Made by a program: the position numbers and the translations under genes. A stretch of 64,000 bases of DNA. It comes from an uncultured Rhodobacterales bacterium (lineage in GTDB: Bacteria > Pseudomonadota > Alphaproteobacteria > Rhodobacterales > Rhodobacteraceae). Positions 8,144 through 14,713 of the stretch are shown piece after piece (position 1 is the stretch's first letter; each line of letters starts with the position of its first letter). Location: contig CAZVIS010000001.1 in NCBI GenBank assembly GCA_964627355.1, forward strand, positions 37,086 through 101,085, in the 5' to 3' direction. The notes beneath the pieces are model-generated. The model made no database searches, had not been told where the DNA came from, and saw nothing but the letters and a program-made list of their open reading frames with translations.

Positions 8144-8406
8144 CGCCGACCCCGCGACGGTGTTTTGCGGGCCTGTTCTCTGGTCTCAAGCCAGCTGCGC
8201 ACCGTGCTGCGCCGGTAATAGACCTTGCGCCCGAGCTTGATGCTTTGCGGCCCGGTGCGCCGCATATCCCAGCGCCAAAGCGTGTCCTCGGACACCCCGA
8301 GGCTGATCGCCAGATCATGCCGACTGATCCAGTCATCCAGCAGACCGATATCGGGCGCCGGTTGATTAATATCCTGCGTATCCAACATCCGTGATTCTCT
8401 CCCCAT
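8140..8406 (-). CDS. AlpA/MerR-type HTH, excisionase-like regulator
   Basis: ISRHDLAISLGVSEDTLWRWDMRRTGPQSIKLGRKVYYRRSTVRSWLE is HTH_17-like. The start may be at 8388 instead of 8406. A paralog lies at 62922-63170. Confidence 0.65.
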   Translation of the reverse strand: MGRESRMLDTQDINQPAPDIGLLDDWISRHDLAISLGVSEDTLWRWDMRRTGPQSIKLGRKVYYRRSTVRSWLETREQARKTPSRGRR

Positions 8407-8462
8407 TTGCGCCCGACTGCGGGCGGTTGCGACTCGGGTGCAGGGGAGCAGAGGAGGGGGGA

Positions 8463-8523
8463 TGGCAGGGTGGCATAAACCGGCATATTCAAAACGCAGT
8501 TCGTGCCACCCCTTGTTTTATTG
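8463..8523. promoter_or_regulatory. Shared ~60-bp element with an exact 17-mer TGGCAGGGTGGCATAAA, upstream of the AlpA-like gene
   Basis: The 17-mer is identical to 10641-10657, with partial similarity for about 45 bp beyond it. Both copies have the same orientation and a similar distance upstream of a minus-strand gene start. Confidence 0.5.
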
Positions 8524-8679
8524 ACGTTTTCTTCTGGTCGTATCGCCGGAATGGCGGCGAGTGATCTGGCGCAACAACAACCGAAGATTGCGTCGTCAGG
8601 GTGCCGCCGGGGAACCCTCAGCACGTCAGTGACCGGTGCCGCGCGCTCCCCCTATGGTAACTTTGACAAGGACGAAGCG

Positions 8680-9279
8680 ATGGCTTTACCGGCACGTGTG
8701 TTTTGGAAGTTGGAAAATTTGGCAGTACGCTGGGGGTGCTTACCTGCCGATATTGTGGGTTGGGCCACCGAAGGCATCATTGAAATCGTCACCAGCATCG
8801 GGAAAGTTCAGTGCAGCGGAACCGAGCCGCAGGTCGGGCTGGTGGTGGTCTGCGCAGAAGACATCATGCCGCTATTTCGCGGCAATCGCTCGGAACCGAA
8901 AACCTGCATGATCTGGCGCATCCGGCCGCAGGATACTTGTACATGGAAGATCATCACCGATCCTGCCCAAGGAGTAACAATCGAACTGGAAGATCTGCTG
9001 GTGACGGCAAAAACCGCACAGCGTTTTGAAGATGAATACGATCCGCTGCACCGCGTTCATGTCAGCCCCGGGCGATCATCACGGCACGATTGGGAGGGGA
9101 TGCTTCAGGCCCTGATGATCCGGTTGTTCGAGCACGGATTGCCGGAGTCACAGGCTGACTTTGTGGCGGAGGGCCAGGAATGGTTCGTCGCAAACGCCAA
9201 GGACGGTTCTGTTCCGGACGAAAGCCAGATCCGGCGTAAGCTCAGCCCGATCTGGAGGGCGCTGAAGAAGCCGCAGTAG
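8680..9279 (+). CDS. 200-aa hypothetical protein (paralog starts at 63814)
   Basis: An internal ATG at 8680 gives MALPARVFWKLENLAVRWGCLPADIVGW. This parallels MTLPTRAFFSLNEFCDRLECSHADVAAW at 63814. Confidence 0.55.
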   Translation: MALPARVFWKLENLAVRWGCLPADIVGWATEGIIEIVTSIGKVQCSGTEPQVGLVVVCAEDIMPLFRGNRSEPKTCMIWRIRPQDTCTWKIITDPAQGVTIELEDLLVTAKTAQRFEDEYDPLHRVHVSPGRSSRHDWEGMLQALMIRLFEHGLPESQADFVAEGQEWFVANAKDGSVPDESQIRRKLSPIWRALKKPQ

Positions 9280-9313
9280 GGGCAACTCAGGATAAACGAC
9301 GGCGCTGATGCCC

Positions 9314-9344
9314 GTTCAGGGCGAGTTCAACGCCCGCCCTGAAC
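9314..9344. terminator. Hairpin between the convergent genes 8680-9279 and the integrase gene
   Basis: GTTCAGGGC (9314-9322) pairs with GCCCTGAAC (9336-9344) around a 13-nt loop. The second arm lies inside the 3' end of the integrase gene. Confidence 0.3.
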
Positions 9345-10565
9345 AATGCGCAGCTGCGGCTTCATCATTTCCGCGACCGCATTGACCCCGTCCCGCAGCG
9401 GCGAGTCCATCATATGTGCATAGCGTTGCGTGGTGCGCATCTGGGAATGGCCCAGCAGCTTGCCGATCATTTCCAATGAGGCGCCGCCGCTGACCAGCAG
9501 GGAGGCGAAGGTGTGGCGCAGGTCATGGATCCGCACACCCGCAATTCCAGCCTTGATCTGGATCTGACGCCAGAAGCAGCGGATTTCCTTGACCGGCTGG
9601 CCCGGCACATCGCCGGGGAACAGCCACGGACAATCCTTGTGCACAGCCGTTTGCCGCTGGCGCACGATGGCGGCAACATCCGGTGAAATCGGCAGACGGT
9701 GGATCTTGCGCTGCTTGGTGGTGGTCGCGGGCTTCGACCATGTGGCAAACTCGAGGTTGAACTGCTCAAAGCGTGCGCAGCGCACCTCGCTAAGGCGGGC
9801 ACCTGTCAACATGCACATGCGGATGATGTTGGCGGCACGCTGGTCCTCGGCCACGCCCAGCGCGCTGGCCAGACGATCAATCTCATCCATGCTCAGATAG
9901 CGTTCGCGTTCGGTCTCGATACGCCGGTGAAACCCCATCGCCGGGTTGTCGGGGCGCATCTTCCACTGGACGGCAAGGTTGAACATCTTGCGCAGAACCT
10001 CGCCGGTTCGGTTGGCGCGGATCGGCGTCGGTTTCGATCCCTGCAGTTTGCGCGCGCGATTGTTGGGTTTGGCCTTGGACGGGCGGGCGCGGCCCATGGC
10101 CACTTGGGCAAGCAATCTGTCGACATCATCCAGCGTGACCTCCTCGACCAGCTTGTGCTTCCAGACCGGCTGGACCAGTTTGCGTAGCATGGATATCTGG
10201 TCAGAGCGATTGGTCGGTGCCAGATTGGGCAGATGGGTTTCGATATAGCGGTCGATCAGATCGGGGACCCGGGGGGCGGTCATCCCGGTTTCCCGTTCAC
10301 CTAGCGGGTCGCCACCATCGTCGATGATGCGGCGCAGCGCCTTGGCCTGTTCGCGCGCAGCGGTGACTGTCCACTCTGGCCATCTGCCGATGGTGAAGCG
10401 GCGCTGGCGACCCTTGACCCGGTAATCCAGCGTGAAATTCCTGCTGCCAGATGTGAAGACGCGCAGCGAAAACCCCCGCACGTCCTCGTCGAAAACCTGG
10501 TAAATGCCCGCCCGAGGCTCGGCGGCTCTGACCAGTTTTTCGGTCAGTTTCTCTCTTTGCGCCAT
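9327..10565 (-). CDS. int: Tyrosine recombinase / phage integrase
   Basis: The C-terminus reads ARLSEVRCARF...HDLRHTFASLLVSGGASLEMIGKLLGHSQMRTTQRYAH (R, HxxR and Y catalytic pattern). The ATG at 10565 gives MAQREKLTEKLV and is preceded by GGAGGTGG. Confidence 0.9.
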   Translation of the reverse strand: MAQREKLTEKLVRAAEPRAGIYQVFDEDVRGFSLRVFTSGSRNFTLDYRVKGRQRRFTIGRWPEWTVTAAREQAKALRRIIDDGGDPLGERETGMTAPRVPDLIDRYIETHLPNLAPTNRSDQISMLRKLVQPVWKHKLVEEVTLDDVDRLLAQVAMGRARPSKAKPNNRARKLQGSKPTPIRANRTGEVLRKMFNLAVQWKMRPDNPAMGFHRRIETERERYLSMDEIDRLASALGVAEDQRAANIIRMCMLTGARLSEVRCARFEQFNLEFATWSKPATTTKQRKIHRLPISPDVAAIVRQRQTAVHKDCPWLFPGDVPGQPVKEIRCFWRQIQIKAGIAGVRIHDLRHTFASLLVSGGASLEMIGKLLGHSQMRTTQRYAHMMDSPLRDGVNAVAEMMKPQLRIVQGGR

Positions 10566-10640
10566 GATGAACCACCTCCGTGCTGACGTGACACAGGCGT
10601 GATCCGCGCTGCAGTTCAACTCAAACATCGGCCGAAGGGG

Positions 10641-10701
10641 TGGCAGGGTGGCATAAAGTGGCAGATTGAAACGGACGTCTGTGCCGGTCACTTTTTTGTT
10701 C
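10641..10701. promoter_or_regulatory. Second copy of the TGGCAGGGTGGCATAAA element, upstream of int
   Basis: See 8463-8523. It contains three TGGCA half-sites at 8-10 bp spacing. Confidence 0.5.
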
Positions 10702-11040
10702 TGCAAGGCAGGGGGCGCTGGGCCAGACTATCCCCCGCTGACCCAGAAGCGCTGCGAGCTCGCACCTATCATTCGGATGAACGGAAGCAAGACGGAACTC
10801 TCGCGGTCGCCATCGCGCGTACGTTCTGTTCTCGGTGAGTGGGGGTAACAACCAGGCAACAAGATGTGCGGGGTAGCGGGCCACCGCTACCGCCGAGTCG
10901 GGGAAACCTGACGACCGCTGACCTGCCCCGGCCGACACACAGTGCTTGATGAGAAAAAGAAATACCGGTAGGCTTGGCGCCTGATGGTGACGGCGTTGCG
11001 TACCGCTCCGCTTGCAAACTGAGAATAAGAAAAGTGAATC

Positions 11041-12099
11041 GTGACAGCAGGGCAGTGCGCAAATCAGTTAACAGCGATTGATCTATTTTGTGGCGCCGGG
11101 GGCCTGACCCTCGGTTTGCAGCAGGCTGGATTCAAGGTTCTCGCGGGCGTCGAACTCGAGGAAATTCCTTCAAATACCTACAGGACGAACCACCCCGACA
11201 CACTCTGTTTTCAGAGTGACATTCGCCAATTGGGCGCTGCACAATTACTTAAGGCTGTTGGATTGAAGCGGGGCCAGCTTGACCTTTTGGCGGGGTGCCC
11301 CCCGTGCCAAGGCTTCTCAACACTTCGCACCCGCAAGAAGCAAATGGCGGTCACGGACGAACGAAATGATCTACTTTTTGAATTTCTTCGAATGGTCGAG
11401 GCATTGTCACCACGCGCATTAATGATGGAGAATGTTCCATCGCTAGCCAGTGACAGTCGAATGACGCAGTTTGTAAAGTGCATTTCGCGCCTCGGGTACC
11501 GTGTGAATCGTAAGAACGTGCGGGTGGTGAACGCCGCAGATTACGGTGTGCCTCAGCGGCGACAAAGGATGATTCTACTGGCTTCGAAAACAGGTCAGAT
11601 AAAGGATGCGGTACGCACCGAGACGTTAACAGTACGCCAATGCTTGGAGAGCGTCGGACTCCGGCCAGTCGGCGAGGCGGACGATCCGCTGCACGACCAT
11701 ATGCCGATCCGAACTGAGCGTGTGCAGGAGATCATTCGTAGCATCCCCAAAGATGGTGGTTCTCGTAGCGCCTTGCCCGAACATCTCGTGCTGTCGTGCC
11801 ACAAGAGCAAGGCCTCAGGATTCCGCGACGTGTATGGGCGCATGGCGTGGGATCGAGTGGCACCAACGATCACTGGAGGGTGCGGCAACCCCTCTAAGGG
11901 CCGCTACCTTCACCCAGAGGAAGACCGCGCAATAAGCCTCCGCGAGGCGGCTCTATTGCAGACTTTCCCAGTCAATTACCAGTTTGATTTATCCAAGGGA
12001 CGGGACAAGGTGGCACTTATGATCGGCAACGCGCTGCCCCCGGAGTTCATCAGGCGACACGCCTTTGCGATAGCGCAATCGCTTTCATCGGAAGACTGA
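11041..12099 (+). CDS. Dcm-type C5-cytosine DNA methyltransferase
   Basis: Motif I is DLFCGAGGLTLG, motif IV is GCPPCQGFS, motif VI is MMENVP and motif VIII is QRRQRMILLA. The start is GTG. GC is about 50% against mid-60s in the flanks. Confidence 0.9.
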   Translation: MTAGQCANQLTAIDLFCGAGGLTLGLQQAGFKVLAGVELEEIPSNTYRTNHPDTLCFQSDIRQLGAAQLLKAVGLKRGQLDLLAGCPPCQGFSTLRTRKKQMAVTDERNDLLFEFLRMVEALSPRALMMENVPSLASDSRMTQFVKCISRLGYRVNRKNVRVVNAADYGVPQRRQRMILLASKTGQIKDAVRTETLTVRQCLESVGLRPVGEADDPLHDHMPIRTERVQEIIRSIPKDGGSRSALPEHLVLSCHKSKASGFRDVYGRMAWDRVAPTITGGCGNPSKGRYLHPEEDRAISLREAALLQTFPVNYQFDLSKGRDKVALMIGNALPPEFIRRHAFAIAQSLSSED

Positions 12100-12100
12100 C

Positions 12101-14068
12101 ATGATTACAAACACCCAACTTCACCTGGGGTTTCATGGTCGGATAATCGAGCATATCGGTATCCAGATGTACCAGAGCCCTACCGCTGCCCTGGCTGAAA
12201 TTGTTTCTAATGCTTGGGACGCGGACGCTACTGAAGTTGATATTTTGTTTGACTTCGACGCGGACCGAAAGACTGAGTGGACGATCACCATTCTGGACAA
12301 CGGCAATGGCATGACGAAGGAAGAATGTCAGCAGAAGTTTCTAAGCGTTGGCTTCAACAGGCGAGAGCAGGACGGTCCAAAAGCGACATCGTCCCAAAAG
12401 CTGCGCCCGTTGATGGGCCGGAAGGGGATTGGCAAGTTCGCAGGCTTTGGAATCGCGCGCTTTATCAAGATTGATACGGTGAGTAGGGAAACCGGCGAAC
12501 AGACAGTTTTTGAGTTGGATCAAGAAGTCATACGGAAAGGTGACAGCTACGTATCGACGAGTGCGCTGGATATTGCCGCGACCCACTCTGAGAGCGCGAC
12601 CAATCGCCATCATGGCACAAAGATAATACTGCGCGACCTGGACCTAGCCCGCCGAATACCAATGGAACAGTTTCGCGCCTCACTTGCCCGGCGCTTTTTG
12701 ATAAACAGCATTGCGGACGAGTTTGTCGTGAAGGTGAACGAAGTTGCAATCTCGGACAGCACAGACATTTCTACCATTGAGATGAGTTTTCCGCGCGACC
12801 TGCCGGACAATGACAGAACTGAGCGCGGGGTGACGGTCGATAGTGACGGTTGGGGCACGGAGACCGTTTCCGAGGGGAAGGTGGTACGCTGGCGAGTTCA
12901 GTTCTTTAAGGAATTGGTCAAGAACGAAGAGCTTTTCGGTGTTACAATCTTCGCTCATAAAAAGCTGGCACAGAGACCGTTCATGTTCAATCTGTCGGGC
13001 GGTTTGGCAAGTCAGGCAGGGCCAGAATACATGTCGGGACAGGTTGTGGCAGACTGGGTGGACGAGTTTGGCGACGACGTGATCTCTACCGAGCGACAGA
13101 GGTTACGGTGGGAACACGCAGAACTTGCCGAGTTGCAAGCTTGGGGACAGGCGCTGATCCGTCGGCTACTCTCGATTTGGAAAAGCAACCGCAACAGCGA
13201 AAAGCTGCGGCTGTTGGAGGCCAAGGTCGGGACGTTCGCGGAACGCTTGAAGGCGCTGGGTTCCGAAGGTGCAACTGTCCGCACTGCACTATCTAAACTG
13301 GCATCAGTCGAAAAACTCTCTTCAAGCCAGTTTCAGGATTTAGGCTCAGCTATCCTGCTCGCGTGGGAGGGGGGGCGCCTAAAAGGACTGATTCAAAAAA
13401 TCGCGCGAACGGATGACATGGACGAGGCCGAGCTCGTCGGGATACTTGCTGAAGCCAATGCGATTACAGCGCTGCATACTGCGGAAACTGTCAATGCGAA
13501 GTTACAGGCGATCAGCGGTCTGGAATCGAGGATTGCCCGAAAAGAGCTGGAGAATGCGGTCAGGGACTACATCGCGCAGAACCCATGGCTGATTTCTCCT
13601 CGTTGGGAAACCTTCGCTGTCGAAAAACGGCTTGCCACGATTTGCGACAGTGCCGCTGGCGAGTCCTTCAAGAACAGTGATGACTTCAACAAAAGAGTGG
13701 ACCTAATTCTGACCAGTGACCAGCAGCTCCTGGTCCTGGAGTTCATGCGGCCAGGGATCACGCTCGACGCAGACCATCTCAGACGTTTCGGCCAATATAT
13801 GGATATTCTGCAAGAATACATCGAGCAGAACACTGGATTGGGTTTGAAATATTTGACCGGTTACATCGTCGCTGACAAGCTCGCCCAGCGATCAGGGCAC
13901 GCGACTCAAATCAAGAACATGAACAATATTGGTCGGTACGCCATGGACTGGGAAACGCTAATCCAACAGGCCAAGCATCAGTGGAAAGAATTTTTGGTTC
14001 ATGTGAAAGAGCGTTCGCCACATGACGCCCGCCTCAACGCGGTGGGAACAGAAATTGTTGAAAGTTGA
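12101..14068 (+). CDS. GHKL (Bergerat-fold, MORC/MutL-like) ATPase with a nuclease-like C-terminal motif
   Basis: The N-box is LAEIVSNAWDADA, G1 is ILDNGNGMT and G2 is MGRKGIGKFAGFG. The C-terminus KRVDLILTSDQQLLVLEFMRPG resembles a PD-(D/E)xK (Shedu/DUF4263-like) core. The ATG lies 1 nt after the MTase stop. Confidence 0.75.
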   Translation: MITNTQLHLGFHGRIIEHIGIQMYQSPTAALAEIVSNAWDADATEVDILFDFDADRKTEWTITILDNGNGMTKEECQQKFLSVGFNRREQDGPKATSSQKLRPLMGRKGIGKFAGFGIARFIKIDTVSRETGEQTVFELDQEVIRKGDSYVSTSALDIAATHSESATNRHHGTKIILRDLDLARRIPMEQFRASLARRFLINSIADEFVVKVNEVAISDSTDISTIEMSFPRDLPDNDRTERGVTVDSDGWGTETVSEGKVVRWRVQFFKELVKNEELFGVTIFAHKKLAQRPFMFNLSGGLASQAGPEYMSGQVVADWVDEFGDDVISTERQRLRWEHAELAELQAWGQALIRRLLSIWKSNRNSEKLRLLEAKVGTFAERLKALGSEGATVRTALSKLASVEKLSSSQFQDLGSAILLAWEGGRLKGLIQKIARTDDMDEAELVGILAEANAITALHTAETVNAKLQAISGLESRIARKELENAVRDYIAQNPWLISPRWETFAVEKRLATICDSAAGESFKNSDDFNKRVDLILTSDQQLLVLEFMRPGITLDADHLRRFGQYMDILQEYIEQNTGLGLKYLTGYIVADKLAQRSGHATQIKNMNNIGRYAMDWETLIQQAKHQWKEFLVHVKERSPHDARLNAVGTEIVES

Positions 14069-14460
14069 TCGCGGTTTCTGACGTTCGTTAACGGTCCGTC
14101 GCTGCGCTACCCCACCCCGTGTTCCGTGCGCCAGTGGTCCGATGTCCCGATCAGTTCCACCGCCACGAGGCAGTTTCGGCGGACGCAAAACAGAATCTGG
14201 CATTCGCTGTGACAGGCAAGAAAGCACGGCAAGTGGCAGCTGGAATCGTAAATATTCGGCGCGTTGAAGCGAAAAAGATTGATCATAATCGTACTCGTTC
14301 GAGTCAACGCTAAGTCAACGGACAGACGCGGTTTTGGGCAGATCCAGCGCAGTTGAGTGCAGGCGAATCTTGCGGGATGCAGGGCAATAAAGCGCGTGAT
14401 AACAAAAGCCTGTCGCCTAAGCTGTTGAAATGTATAAGCCCCGGAAATCGCATAGCATTT

Positions 14461-14507
14461 GGCTCATAACCTGAAGGCCGCAGGTTCAAATCCTGCCCCC
14501 GCAACCA
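14461..14507 (+). other. 3' fragment (47 nt) of initiator tRNA-Met: anticodon loop (CAT), T-arm, acceptor 3' strand and CCA. Looks like an att-type scar.
   Basis: GGCTCATAACCTGAAGGCCGCAGGTTCAAATCCTGCCCCCGCAACCA matches the 3' part of bacterial tRNA-fMet. The upstream sequence has no CGCGGGG acceptor strand or D-arm, so the gene is incomplete. Confidence 0.8.
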
Positions 14508-14536
14508 AAAAATCCCAATATATCAATAACCTAGAA

Positions 14537-14560
14537 CCCGACCTAAACAGTCGGGCTTTG
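14537..14560 (+). terminator. Hairpin downstream of the tRNA fragment
   Basis: CCCGAC-ctaaaca-GTCGGG is followed by CTTTGG. The T-tract is weak. Confidence 0.35.
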
Positions 14561-14713
14561 GCTTGTCCGAAACACCTCAACGCCACCTCAACGTTCGACG
14601 AGGCCCCTCACTGAACGGGCAGCAGCGGAGCCAGCATCGTGTGCACCTGCAACAGTGGGCACTAAGACCAGGACGTTCCGCGCTCGACAAGCTGCCATCT
14701 TTGATCGCTGCCT

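Larger units (their letters stand above)
1..10565. mobile_element. Early/integration arm of prophage-like element A (left part lies outside the window)
   Basis: Gene order 226-aa protein / C5-MTase / rep-like / VRR-NUC / 88-aa / AlpA-like / 200-aa / integrase matches, gene for gene, the module at 59386-64000 of prophage B. The tyrosine integrase sits at the right end. Confidence 0.6.

Noticed and set aside
8463-8480. A sigma-54 promoter reading of TGGCATAAACCGGCA and TGGCATAAAGTGGCA.
   Set aside because: The GG-to-GC spacing is one nucleotide short of the TGGCAC-N5-TTGC consensus, and the -12 element lacks TTGC. I kept it only as a generic shared regulatory block.
10690-10960. Possible structured RNA (tmRNA, SRP-like) or att core in the long intergenic region between int and the Dcm gene.
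   Set aside because: I found no tRNA-like acceptor or T-arm, no tag-peptide reading frame, no SRP domain IV motif and no copy of the tRNA-fMet 47-mer. It would need a covariance-model scan to settle.
14310-14504. A 64-aa minus-strand ORF (MRGQDLNLRPSGYEP...).
   Set aside because: It is a translation across the tRNA-fMet fragment. GQDLNLRPSGYEP-type peptides are a classic artefact of reading tRNA genes.
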